From positions 1-64,000 of IMG/VR virus record IMGVR_UViG_3300008117_000049: a stretch of DNA of 64,000 bases; one strand, written 5' to 3'. The notes under the pieces are model-generated. The model saw nothing but the letters and a program-made list of their open reading frames with translations. It had not been told where the DNA came from and did not search any database. The stretch is from a virus. Numbering within the stretch: the first letter of the stretch is position 1; every line of letters begins with the position of its first letter. Positions 40,068-49,363 of this stretch are shown here, piece by piece. The position numbers and the translations under genes are program-made.

Positions 40068-42002
40068 TTAGGCGCTTCCACCATCAATAGTAACAGCATA
40101 CAAGGTTCCAACATTGCTTACTGAAACCATAGCCGTGCCGTTTGAATACTGAACTTCAAATGGATTGACTTGCTGAGTAGCGTGGTTCTTGACCACAAGA
40201 CCAGCGGCTGAGTTTGCTGCGTTCTGGAAAGTTTGTAGTGCAGTAAATGTTCCAGTGCTGGCAAATCGTGGAACTACTGTGGTGTCAATTGAAACTGAAC
40301 CAGTTGAGGTAATCGTGGTGAACGACATACCTGTTCCAGCAGAAACGCTAGTAACTCCTGTTGCGGTTGGTGCTGCCCAGTAAGGTGCTCCAGTTGTGTT
40401 GGCTGATAGCACATAGTTGTTTCCAGCAGGTGCTGAAAGAGTGGTAGTTGTGTTAGCAGCAGAGTTGTAGAAAATAAGGTTGGCAGCACCAGTGATGTTG
40501 TTTGCCTGAGCAACGGTAGCCGAACCGACATAAGTGGTGTTGGCAAGAGTTCCACTAGTTGGCAAAGTTACTGCTGTGTTAGCAGTGGCTGTCAGGTTGA
40601 TTGAGTACGCACCAGTTGTTGCCAGCGTTGCACCATCGGCGATGGTCAGCGTGGCTGAAGTGGTAGGTGCTGTAATTGTTACCTTGTTGACGCTTGTGGC
40701 AGTTGCTACTCCAAGAGTTGGAGTCACAAGTGTCGGGCTAGTAGCAAATACAAGAGAACCGCTACCAGTCTCGTCTGTTACAGCGGTAGCAAGGTTAGAA
40801 CTGCTTGGCGTTGCCAAAAATGTTAGAACACCTGTTCCAGCACCAGTAAGGTTTGCCAACGGGTACTGAGTACCATTTACCAAGTTGGCAAACGATGGAA
40901 CACCAATGTTTGGCGTGGTAAGTACTGGGCTTGTGCTAAATACAAGGTTTCCAGAACCAGTTTCGTCTGAAATAACTCCAGCAAGTTGGGCTGAAGTAGT
41001 TGCTCCGTAGTATGTGTTGCTTAGTGTTGGGGTTACCCAGTATGGAGCATTTGTGCCTGTGTTGTAAGCAAGAACTTGGTTGTTAGTGGTGGTTGCGGTG
41101 AGTTTAGATGTGGTATTTACACCAGACATGTAAACAATTTCACCCTTGTTTGCTGTACCGCCAGTTAGGTTAGAAGCAAGCGAAGCAACACCAGTAAGCG
41201 ATGCGGTGATTGTTCCAGCAGAGAAGTTTCCAGATGCGTCACGAGCAACAATCGCAGATGCGGTGTTGGCTGAAGCAACGCTGTACCCAAGAACCTGAGT
41301 AGATGAAAGAACGGTTGTTCCGTTGATTTCATAAACTTTTCCAGAATCAATGTTGATGTCTTCAGAAGATGTCCAAGCACTGGTGCTAGAAACCCATTGC
41401 CAAGTTTTATTTCCTCCAGTGGTGGCTAATACAGTAAGACCAGCACCATTTGCAGTTGCGTTAGTTGAACCGCTTGTGTCAAATGTAAGGCTTCCACCGC
41501 TTGCTACTGGGTTATCTAAGGTAAAAGCAGTGGCGTTTATAATGCTGACAATTGTGGTACCAGTTAGTGTTGATGTACCAGCGGTTTTTGTAATTGTTTG
41601 ACCGACAAGTAGGCCAGCGGTATTGGAACCTGTAATTGTGGCACTTGAGGTAGTTGCTGTACCAGTTCTTCCAGTTACTACTGCTACAGACGCTAACTCA
41701 ATGTTTTTATCGTCTACTTGAACTGTTGAAGAGTTCAGAGTAGTAGTGGTTCCGTTTACAGTTAGGTTTCCGCCAACGGTGACATCGCCAGATGTGGTGA
41801 CGCTAGTAACGCTGGCTGCTCCGCTAAGTAAAGAAGCGTCGCTCTGATAGAGCAACGATGTCCAAGTATTAGCACCGTCACCAATCTTAAATTTATTATT
41901 GGTAGTGTCAAAACCAATTTCACCAGCCGCTAGGGTTGGGTTGGTTGAAGTCCAGTTAGCAGCCGTATCTCTACGGAGTTGAATTTTGGTCTGAACGGCC
42001 AT
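40068..42002 (-). CDS. Tail fibre protein with Mtd-like N-terminal domain (paralog)
   Basis: IQLRRDTAANWTSTNPTLAAGEIGFD...FKIGDG; GNLTVNGTTTT motif; ends IDGGSA. Confidence 0.75.
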   Translation of the reverse strand: MAVQTKIQLRRDTAANWTSTNPTLAAGEIGFDTTNNKFKIGDGANTWTSLLYQSDASLLSGAASVTSVTTSGDVTVGGNLTVNGTTTTLNSSTVQVDDKNIELASVAVVTGRTGTATTSSATITGSNTAGLLVGQTITKTAGTSTLTGTTIVSIINATAFTLDNPVASGGSLTFDTSGSTNATANGAGLTVLATTGGNKTWQWVSSTSAWTSSEDINIDSGKVYEINGTTVLSSTQVLGYSVASANTASAIVARDASGNFSAGTITASLTGVASLASNLTGGTANKGEIVYMSGVNTTSKLTATTTNNQVLAYNTGTNAPYWVTPTLSNTYYGATTSAQLAGVISDETGSGNLVFSTSPVLTTPNIGVPSFANLVNGTQYPLANLTGAGTGVLTFLATPSSSNLATAVTDETGSGSLVFATSPTLVTPTLGVATATSVNKVTITAPTTSATLTIADGATLATTGAYSINLTATANTAVTLPTSGTLANTTYVGSATVAQANNITGAANLIFYNSAANTTTTLSAPAGNNYVLSANTTGAPYWAAPTATGVTSVSAGTGMSFTTITSTGSVSIDTTVVPRFASTGTFTALQTFQNAANSAAGLVVKNHATQQVNPFEVQYSNGTAMVSVSNVGTLYAVTIDGGSA

Positions 42003-42052
42003 TTGTTATCCTTTTTAAAATGCTTTATAGTGGAAGTCTATATAAAAGTTTA

Positions 42053-42739
42053 TCACGCATTGCCGCCTTCAATTTTGGCAACTCCTAGCGTAGATGTGTC
42101 TTCTCCCGCTGTTGTTGGGATATTGTCTATCAAAACTACCTCTGTTCCAGAAGCACCTGCTTTGATAGCAATTTTTAGTGTCCCAGCATCAGTTCCGTCT
42201 TTTAGGAACTCAATTGAAGAATTGGCTCCTGGCGACGCTGGAGAAGTGTTTTGTTTTTGAAGCGTAAGAGAGTTTCCGCTTATGTTATTAGCGGTTAGAT
42301 TACCGCTTTGGTCGATTCCAGCGACTACAACATTGGCAGACGACATAACCTGAAGAATATTGGCAGTCCCCCCAGCACCCTTGATAATCAAAGTTGCTGC
42401 GTTTGCTGAGCCAGCAACCATAGTCTGAGTTCCAGTAAAAGTTTGAGTAGCACTGAGGAACGGAATTACAGCACTATCTACAGCCAAAGTTCCAGTAGTT
42501 GTGATGGTTCCACCAGTAAGACCAGTGCCACCAATAACGCTAGATACGGTGTTAGCCCAAGTTGTTACATAATTTGTGTTTCCAACTTTGGTAAGAACTT
42601 GACCTTGAGTCCCCCCGACAGCCACTCCTACTGGAGTTACAACAGCATCCCAAGCGGTACCTGTCCACTTCCAAGTACGCTCGCCTACGGAAAATGTATC
42701 ATTTACTGACGGTGAGTTAGGAAAATCTACGGCGGTCAC
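42053..42739 (-). CDS. Virion fibre/decoration protein
   Basis: DFPNSPSVND...WKWTGTAW N-terminus; GGTQGQVLTK motif. Confidence 0.6.
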   Translation of the reverse strand: MTAVDFPNSPSVNDTFSVGERTWKWTGTAWDAVVTPVGVAVGGTQGQVLTKVGNTNYVTTWANTVSSVIGGTGLTGGTITTTGTLAVDSAVIPFLSATQTFTGTQTMVAGSANAATLIIKGAGGTANILQVMSSANVVVAGIDQSGNLTANNISGNSLTLQKQNTSPASPGANSSIEFLKDGTDAGTLKIAIKAGASGTEVVLIDNIPTTAGEDTSTLGVAKIEGGNA

Positions 42740-43569
42740 TATGCCACCTGCTGTGCGGTAACAATAAGTGCTGCGGTGGATGGTCTGGTTGGGTTAATGT
42801 CTGATGGGTAGGACTCTAGGCTTACCGTTGTATTAGTCGCTGACCACATAATTTCTAAATACTGACCTGCTGTAAATTGAAGAAAGTAATTCCAACCGAC
42901 AATCATGTGTGCTTGTGAACCCGGACTATTGTCTTTTCTTGCTGGAATAGAGACAAATCCTGTAGAGCCAGCAACATTTGTACCATTTATACGAAGCCAA
43001 ACATAGATGTTTTCTAAAGAGTTAGATGTATTTTGGAATTGCCCAGACCACTGAATGTTGTACAACCCTGCGGTTGGAAAATAAATTCTGCTTGTGTTTG
43101 AAAAGTAGACATCTCCAGAAAAATCTATTGTGTCCCAAGGCATAGCGTAAGCGACAGTAGTGTCAGTAATTTCTTGTCTACCTAAATATTGAAACCCGCC
43201 ATATTTTCCAGCAAGCGTTCCTGTTGCCCCAGCAGGACCTGTAGCACCTGTCGCTCCAGCAGGACCCGCATAACTTGTTGAGGTCTCTACCCAATAGCCG
43301 TCATAGTAAAAGTAAAGTTGTGCCGTGTCTGAACGAAACCATAGGTCGCCTTGAACCACATTTGCCGTAGGTGCGGTCTCTGAGATTGTGTATTGGCCAG
43401 ACTCGCCTTGAGGTCCAGCAGGTCCTTGAGGTCCAGTGGGACCTGTTGCTCCTTGAGGTCCCCAGCCAGTAATTTTTACTTGATTATTGACTTCTTGAAC
43501 AATAACTTTGTTATTGTCTCTGGCGTTTATCTTTACTAAGGGTCTCTCGTCGTTGATTTCAACTGCCAT
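42739..43569 (-). CDS. Collagen-like fibre protein with a C-terminal beta-sandwich domain
   Basis: Gly-X-Y repeats (GPQGATGPTGPQ); GDLWF motif. Confidence 0.65.
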   Translation of the reverse strand: MAVEINDERPLVKINARDNNKVIVQEVNNQVKITGWGPQGATGPTGPQGPAGPQGESGQYTISETAPTANVVQGDLWFRSDTAQLYFYYDGYWVETSTSYAGPAGATGATGPAGATGTLAGKYGGFQYLGRQEITDTTVAYAMPWDTIDFSGDVYFSNTSRIYFPTAGLYNIQWSGQFQNTSNSLENIYVWLRINGTNVAGSTGFVSIPARKDNSPGSQAHMIVGWNYFLQFTAGQYLEIMWSATNTTVSLESYPSDINPTRPSTAALIVTAQQVA

Positions 43570-43937
43570 TAGCGAGTCACCTCGGCTGAAACCTTGAAGT
43601 TGCCTTCAAGTAATCTAGTTACCACTCCACCGCCAGACACCAACTCTAGGTCGTAGACATACTGACCTGCGGTTAGGGCCGCTGTGTTAGTGGCTGAAAT
43701 TAGTAAATCTACTGTCCCTGCGGTTCCACCTAAAGTAATAGTCCCAGTATTACCAGCGGTGGTGGATAGGGTGGCAATTATGGTGTTGGAAGTTACATCT
43801 GACCTGACTTGCATACGGGCTGTATAGCCAGTCAAGTTATACGCGTCTCTTGCTGAGTCAGTCCAAGTAACTTGACGCTGAAAGGTAGCACCTTGCTGGC
43901 AGGTGATGTTGTAAAGTCCAGCAATTCCACAGGTCAT
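43569..43937 (-). CDS. BppU-like / fibre-anchoring structural protein
   Basis: NLTGYTARMQVR...YVYDLEL...RLLEG motif. Confidence 0.6.
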   Translation of the reverse strand: MTCGIAGLYNITCQQGATFQRQVTWTDSARDAYNLTGYTARMQVRSDVTSNTIIATLSTTAGNTGTITLGGTAGTVDLLISATNTAALTAGQYVYDLELVSGGGVVTRLLEGNFKVSAEVTR

Positions 43938-44049
43938 AGAAGCCTCAATCGGGAGAATGTAGTCCTTATTATTTTACAATAAAACGAATTGTATGACTTT
44001 TAGACAAGACCAAATCAACCAACGGGGTTGGTTTATTTGGCTTTATTGG

Positions 44050-44253
44050 TTAGCGAAGTAGCAGTTTGGCACTTTCGTCAATAACTTCGGTGGCAGAAGG
44101 CTCTATGGCACTTCTGTTTTCGTTCCAATGGTGGAAACAAAATAGCAGGTCACCAGACTCCAAAGCGACATAAACATATGCTTGCGCTCCGCAAGCATCG
44201 CAGCGGTCTTCCGTTGTTATTACATAGTCGGGAACTTCTACTTTTGTGTCCAT
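44050..44253 (-). CDS. Small actinobacterial-type Zn-binding protein (leaderless)
   Basis: DRCDACGAQAYV...LLFCFHH; TATAAT-N6-ATG. Confidence 0.7.
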   Translation of the reverse strand: MDTKVEVPDYVITTEDRCDACGAQAYVYVALESGDLLFCFHHWNENRSAIEPSATEVIDESAKLLLR

Positions 44254-44279
44254 AATGAAATTATAAGGTAAAATAAAAT

Positions 44280-44507
44280 ATGCTTGATTTACTAGAAACC
44301 CCCGAAACCCAAGAAACCGACAACAGCGACTCAAATCACTTTGCTCACTATGCCGAGAAAGTTTCTGTTACAGAGGGCTATGTTTTAGGAACTCCAGTAA
44401 TGGCAATTTGCGGAAAAACCTTTGTGCCGTCAAGGGACCCGGAAAAGTTTCCAGTGTGTCCAGTCTGCAAAGAAATTATGGATTCGCTATTCTTGCCAAA
44501 TGACTAA
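44280..44507 (+). CDS. DUF3039-like protein (leaderless)
   Basis: FAHY...G.PV.A.CGK.FVPSRDPEKFPVCPVCKEI. Confidence 0.75.
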   Translation: MLDLLETPETQETDNSDSNHFAHYAEKVSVTEGYVLGTPVMAICGKTFVPSRDPEKFPVCPVCKEIMDSLFLPND

Positions 44508-44573
44508 AACTAGCAAAAACCAGTTCAAGTTATACTTTTAAATCCAACCCCCAACTCTCCCGACAGGTGAATA

Positions 44574-46622
44574 ATGTCTATTTTTTCGTTTCGACTCAGT
44601 GAAGATTTTGTAGAAGAATACCGCTCAAAGCCATCTCCTTTCGGCTACAAAGATGCCGCTGGCAACTCTGTGGGCGAAATTACATTTCTTAGAACATACT
44701 CTCGTCTAAAAGAAAACGGAACCAAGGAAACTTGGACCGATGTGTGTGAGCGTGTTATCAACGGTATGTATTCACTACAAAAGGACTACTGTAAAACTGA
44801 GCGGTTGCCTTGGGATGGTGTAAAGGCTCAGTCGTCTGCTCGTGAAGCATTTGACAGATTGTTCCAATTGAAATGGACACCGCCTGGCCGTGGTCTATGG
44901 GTTATGGGAACTGAGATTGTAAATGGTCAGAAAAACTCCGCTGCCTTACAGAACTGTGCTTTTGTTTCTACTTTAGAAATGACCAAACAGAATCCAGGCA
45001 AGCCATTTGCTTTCTTGATGGAAGCCTCAATGCTAGGCGTGGGCGTGGGCTTTGATGACAAGGGTGCGGACAAGGGATTTGATATTCACGAACCTATTGG
45101 AAAATCTGAAACATACCTTATTCCAGACACCCGTGAGGGTTGGCAGGAAAGTACCGTTGCTCTAATCAACTCATACCTAAAGCCAGAGCAGAGTGCTTTG
45201 GAGTTTGATTACAGCGAGATTAGACCTTACGGAACTCCTATCAAGACTTTTGGTGGTACCGCTTCTGGTCCAGACCCGCTACTAAAACTTCACTCTGGTA
45301 TTCGTAGATTGTTTGATGGTCGTGCTGGTGAAAAACTAACTCGTGTAGATATTGCTGACATTGGAAATATGATTGGCGTTTGTGTAGTTTCTGGAAATGT
45401 TCGTCGTTCTGCTGAACTTCTTATTGGTCGCATTGATGACGACAATTTCTTGAACCTCAAGAACTCTGAGCGTTTCCCCGAAAGAAACTCTTATGACCCT
45501 GAAAATCCAGGCTGGGCTTGGATGTCAAACAACTCAGTTGCCGTTGAAGTTGGAACAGACTTTGACCCAATTGTTGAGGGTATTGCTAGAAATGGTGAGC
45601 CTGGTGTTATCTGGATGGATGTATCTCGTAAATATGGTCGCTTGATTGACCCAATCAATAACAAGGATGCCAAGATTATGGGCTACAACCCTTGTGCTGA
45701 GCAGAGCCTTGAGTCTTATGAAATGTGTACTTTGGTTGAGACCTATCTGAACCGCCACACTGACATTGAAGATTACAAGAGAACTTTGAAGTTTGCGTAT
45801 CTTTATGCCAAGACCGTAACCCTATTGCCAACGCACTGGGAAGAAACCAACGCCATTATGAAGAGAAACAAGCGTATTGGAACTTCTATGTCTGGTATCG
45901 CTAACTTTGCTGACAACCGTGGGTTGCCAACTCTAAAAACTTGGATGAACGATGGCTATTTGACTATTCAGCGTTATGACGAAATTTATTCAGACTGGTT
46001 AGGTGTTCGTGAGTCAATCAAGACAACAACCGTAAAACCATCTGGAACTGTTTCTATTTTGGCTGGAGAAAGTCCCGGCGTTCACTGGACACCGGGCGGT
46101 GAGTATTTCTTGCGTGCTATTCGCTTTGGAAACAATGACCCAATGTTGCCTCTATTCAAGATGGCCAACTACCGCATTGAACCTGCCTCTGAAAGCCCAG
46201 ACACTACTTCGGTTGTGTTTTTCCCAATCAAGTCTGGTGCTAAGCGTGCTGAGCGAGATGTGTCTATTTTTGAAAAGATGAACTTGGCTGTGACTGCTCA
46301 GCGTTATTGGTCAGACAACTCTGTATCAGTAACCGTCTCTTTTGACCCTGAAACTGAAGCAGACAAGATTGGAACTGTGCTTCACATGCACGATGGACAA
46401 TTGAAGACTGTATCGTTCTTGCCTAGTGGAAACTTTGTTTATCCTCAGATGCCGTACACCCAAATTACCAAAGAAGAGTATGAAGAAGCAGTTGGAAACT
46501 TATTCCCAATTGACTTTGCTGGTGTCTATGCTGGTATGGCTTCGGATGCCATTGGCGACGCTTATTGTACGACAGACGCTTGTGAGATAAAACTTATTAC
46601 TGAAAACCTAAAGGATAAGTAA
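44574..46622 (+). CDS. nrdJ: Class II (adenosylcobalamin-dependent) ribonucleotide reductase
   Basis: RTYSR, PPGRGLW, NCAF, GNVRRSA, NPCAE and TTVKPSGT motifs; C-terminal CTTDAC. Confidence 0.92.
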   Translation: MSIFSFRLSEDFVEEYRSKPSPFGYKDAAGNSVGEITFLRTYSRLKENGTKETWTDVCERVINGMYSLQKDYCKTERLPWDGVKAQSSAREAFDRLFQLKWTPPGRGLWVMGTEIVNGQKNSAALQNCAFVSTLEMTKQNPGKPFAFLMEASMLGVGVGFDDKGADKGFDIHEPIGKSETYLIPDTREGWQESTVALINSYLKPEQSALEFDYSEIRPYGTPIKTFGGTASGPDPLLKLHSGIRRLFDGRAGEKLTRVDIADIGNMIGVCVVSGNVRRSAELLIGRIDDDNFLNLKNSERFPERNSYDPENPGWAWMSNNSVAVEVGTDFDPIVEGIARNGEPGVIWMDVSRKYGRLIDPINNKDAKIMGYNPCAEQSLESYEMCTLVETYLNRHTDIEDYKRTLKFAYLYAKTVTLLPTHWEETNAIMKRNKRIGTSMSGIANFADNRGLPTLKTWMNDGYLTIQRYDEIYSDWLGVRESIKTTTVKPSGTVSILAGESPGVHWTPGGEYFLRAIRFGNNDPMLPLFKMANYRIEPASESPDTTSVVFFPIKSGAKRAERDVSIFEKMNLAVTAQRYWSDNSVSVTVSFDPETEADKIGTVLHMHDGQLKTVSFLPSGNFVYPQMPYTQITKEEYEEAVGNLFPIDFAGVYAGMASDAIGDAYCTTDACEIKLITENLKDK

Positions 46623-46846
46623 TGGCAAAAGTAATTGTTTACAGCAACCCAAACTGCACTGCTTGTGAGCAGACAAAAAGATTTCTTACTGTAAAGAACA
46701 TTCCTTTTGAGTCAAAGATGATTTCAGATAGCCCTGAAGTTTTTTCTTTGATTGATGAAAAAGGATACAAGTCTGCTCCAGTAGTAGTTGCTGGGGAAAA
46801 CAGTTGGTCTGGGTTTAGATTAGATAAGTTGAGTGAGTTGCTCTAA
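46622..46846 (+). CDS. nrdH: NrdH-like glutaredoxin
   Basis: CTAC, APVV, WSGFR. Confidence 0.85.
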   Translation: MAKVIVYSNPNCTACEQTKRFLTVKNIPFESKMISDSPEVFSLIDEKGYKSAPVVVAGENSWSGFRLDKLSELL

Positions 46847-47028
46847 TGCCAACTTATGAATATTTTTGCCCTGAGTGTGGGTTAGATTATTCTGAAGAAA
46901 GACCTATTACGGCAGAAGAAAAAGAATTGACTTGCGCTGCTGAAGGTTGCGGTGCTAAACTCAGTAGAAAGTTTGCAACACCACCTATTGTTTTCAAAGG
47001 CACTGGCTTTAGTTCCAATAGGGGATAA
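46846..47028 (+). CDS. FmdB-family zinc-ribbon protein
   Basis: MPTYEYFCPECG...C...FKGTGF. Confidence 0.8.
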   Translation: MPTYEYFCPECGLDYSEERPITAEEKELTCAAEGCGAKLSRKFATPPIVFKGTGFSSNRG

Positions 47029-47035
47029 GGAAAAT

Positions 47036-47347
47036 ATGTCGGAATTTGATTTTGGACTCCCGTTTCTTTCTGAAGAAAAAGGTGCTCCACCTTGTTCCGA
47101 AACTGACCCTGAAGCCTTTTTTCCGCAAGACATAGAAGGAAAAATAACTGCTATTTATTACAACGAGCGCGGGGCTAAGCAGGTTTGTAGTACTTGTGTA
47201 TATAAAATCGATTGTATGATTTTTGCCATAAAAAATGGAGAAGTCGGTATATGGGGCGGTACTACTGACGGACAAAGAAGAAACATTAAAAGAGCGGCTA
47301 AATACAACAAAAAATCTATTGAAGAAATAGCCCTAGAACAAAAGTAG
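47036..47347 (+). CDS. whiB: WhiB-family transcription factor (second copy)
   Basis: CSETDPEAFFP, AKQVCSTC.....C, GIWGGTT. Confidence 0.9.
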   Translation: MSEFDFGLPFLSEEKGAPPCSETDPEAFFPQDIEGKITAIYYNERGAKQVCSTCVYKIDCMIFAIKNGEVGIWGGTTDGQRRNIKRAAKYNKKSIEEIALEQK

Positions 47348-47407
47348 TAAAATAGTAATAGCCCTTGGGAGAGAGGCAAGTAATCGTATCTACCCAAGGG
47401 AGAAAAT

Positions 47408-47677
47408 GTGAAAGTCGCATCAATCATCTTCAAGAGAACTATCGCTCTTGTAATTTTAAAAGTCAGTGCTGTTTTAGCCGCTGGTTCTATCGGTGGCGTT
47501 GAACTCTGGCAGTCAGCCCTAATCGCCGCTTTTGTTGGAATTATGGAAGTTGCTGAAAGTCTGGCTCGTGCCTATGTCGTTGATGGAAAACTAGACGAAG
47601 ACGAAATAAATGTCGCCTTTGCTAGTTCAGCCGAGGCAGCGTTGGCTGAAACAAAGAAAAGCAAAATTAGCGAGTAG
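47408..47677 (+). CDS. Small membrane protein (holin-like); paralog of 60193-60489
   Basis: Two hydrophobic helices plus DGKLDEDEINVAF. Confidence 0.6.
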   Translation: MKVASIIFKRTIALVILKVSAVLAAGSIGGVELWQSALIAAFVGIMEVAESLARAYVVDGKLDEDEINVAFASSAEAALAETKKSKISE

Positions 47678-47718
47678 TTTGTCTTTGCATTTTTACAAAT
47701 GCTTGCTAAACTATTTGC

Positions 47719-47837
47719 GTCGCAACCGCGACAAACATCTAAGTATAAATAACTTAATATTGTTCACAACAACTGCTTAGGTGTACGACCAAAAAAATTC
47801 TCCCCGTCAAGTTAGCGCCTGGCGGGGAGAAGTTTTT
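47719..47837 (+). ncRNA. Candidate small RNA
   Basis: TTGCAT / TGcTAAACT promoter, 5' hairpin, 11-bp stem with G-U pairs, terminator; no ORF. Confidence 0.45.
47791..47837. terminator. Bidirectional intrinsic terminator
   Basis: TTCTCCCCGTCA / TGGCGGGGAGAA flanked by an A-tract and a T-tract between convergent genes. Confidence 0.8.
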
Positions 47838-47846
47838 AATTGGTGT

Positions 47847-48317
47847 TTAGTTTTTGATTTTGGTTCTAGCAACTCCGTAATATAGCGGATTTGAGGAACT
47901 TAGACCCAGTGCCTTAGCAATCTTGGTCAGGGAAACTCCGTTGTCTTCATACTCGTGGCGAAGAGCCTCGTGGTAATCTTCAACGCTTTTATCCTTAGCG
48001 GCCTTGATACGCTCTACTGCTTCGGCTAACTGCTCTGGAGTAGCCTTGCTACGAGAACGCTTTGTTGATGGTGCTACATCTGCCGTAGTAACACGACGAC
48101 GGACACCAGCGTAGGTAACGCCAACTGCTTGGGCAATTGCGATAAGCGAGCCACCCTTGTTGTAATACTCAACAAGTAGGCGTGTGTATTCACGACTTGC
48201 GTCGTGCTGTGGCGACTTAGTGTTGCGAGAACCATAAGCCTGTCTTGCCAAAGGCAAGAGTTCAATAAGGCGTGGGGCGTAAGCCTCTACCAGTTCGTTG
48301 TTTCTCATATATACCAT
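47847..48317 (-). CDS. Double-HTH DNA-binding protein
   Basis: SLIAIAQAVGVTYAGVRRR and SLTKIAKALGLS helix-turn-helix-like segments. Confidence 0.7.
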   Translation of the reverse strand: MVYMRNNELVEAYAPRLIELLPLARQAYGSRNTKSPQHDASREYTRLLVEYYNKGGSLIAIAQAVGVTYAGVRRRVTTADVAPSTKRSRSKATPEQLAEAVERIKAAKDKSVEDYHEALRHEYEDNGVSLTKIAKALGLSSSNPLYYGVARTKIKN

Positions 48318-48453
48318 CTTCTTTCTATATCTGGGCTTGAAAAACCTTTATACCTGATTATAGACACGCCGTTTATTAGAAAGCAAATTAATACAATAAG
48401 CCCACGGCGAACATGTATGATAGTTTCTATACAAGAAATTACATAAGGAAGTT

Positions 48454-48594
48454 ATGGGAAAAGCAAAGAAATCGGCTCCTTCAACCCCTGCTAAAAAGGG
48501 CGACAATAATGACCGCAACAACGGCAAGGCGTGGAAGAAACGCCCCAAGGTGTTTGACAAAATCAAACGCAAATTAGTAACTAAGGAAAAGTAA
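48454..48594 (+). CDS. 46-aa highly basic protein (not in ORF track)
   Basis: AAGGA RBS; MGKAKKSAPSTPAKKGDNNDRNNGKAWKKRPKVFDKIKRKLVTKEK; stop abuts the next start. Confidence 0.6.
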   Translation: MGKAKKSAPSTPAKKGDNNDRNNGKAWKKRPKVFDKIKRKLVTKEK

Positions 48595-48960
48595 TTGAAA
48601 AAATCAATCGCAATCGCAGGTATAGCCCTGCTTATGGTTGGACTAACTGGATGTGCAGGTAAGTTTGAATTGTTTCAAAAAGCCTACGAAACATGTGGTT
48701 CCCCCGCTGGAATTAGAGTATCCGATGAAGGAAAATCCATCACCATTGATGGCTATGGAGAAGATGACTACTCTGGAGCAGACCTCTACGACACCGTTTG
48801 TGTCCTAGACGCAATCAAGACTCCTGAGTATGTAATCTCAAACATGGAAACTACAAACTCGTTGATGGGTAGACAAAGTGCTACATTTGGTGATAATATA
48901 GATGTATCTTGGTCTTACCACCCAGATAACGGATTAGACATCGTAATCCATAAAAACTAA
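48595..48960 (+). CDS. Lipoprotein
   Basis: MKKS, hydrophobic core, LTGC lipobox. Confidence 0.7.
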   Translation: MKKSIAIAGIALLMVGLTGCAGKFELFQKAYETCGSPAGIRVSDEGKSITIDGYGEDDYSGADLYDTVCVLDAIKTPEYVISNMETTNSLMGRQSATFGDNIDVSWSYHPDNGLDIVIHKN

Positions 48961-48971
48961 ATAAAGCACTA

Positions 48972-49310
48972 GGGGATGACAGGTTTCGACTGGCATCTGA
49001 CATTTGGTGAAGCACGCAGAGACCGCCACGCACTCTTGAAGTGTGGCAAAAACAATAAATGCTGAATCTCGTTCCGCATTCGCTTTAGTAGCGTAAAGAC
49101 TACTTAAGCCCCTAGAAAAGCAGTAGTTCTCGCTGGGCATCTAGGTTTCAAATAAAGAGGACAAACAGCACCACGGTAACAACTCAAACCGTAATTGAGT
49201 TTGACTCAGCGTCTGGTAGGTCAATCGCTGGGAAAACAAGGAAACTACCTAAGCGTGTAGAAGAACAAATTGAATATGTTAGGACAGGGGTTCAATTCCC
49301 CTCATCTCCA
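48972..49310 (+). ncRNA. ssrA: tmRNA
   Basis: 5' GGGGATGACAGGTTTCGAC; 3' GGGGTTCAATTCCCCTCATCTCCA with G3-U acceptor pair; tag ORF 49061-49096 AESRSAFALVA-stop after ATAAAT. Confidence 0.95.
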
Positions 49311-49363
49311 CGCTTGCAGACAAAGGAGCGTAAAGCGGTCTGCCCTGTAAAGGAATTCTCCAA

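Noticed and set aside
38387-42002. Diversity-generating retroelement suggested by Mtd-like N-termini
   Set aside because: No reverse transcriptase ORF and no adenine-variable template/variable repeat pair seen; only the N-terminal anchor domain is shared
48934-49140. 68-aa minus-strand ORF
   Set aside because: Antisense shadow of the tmRNA
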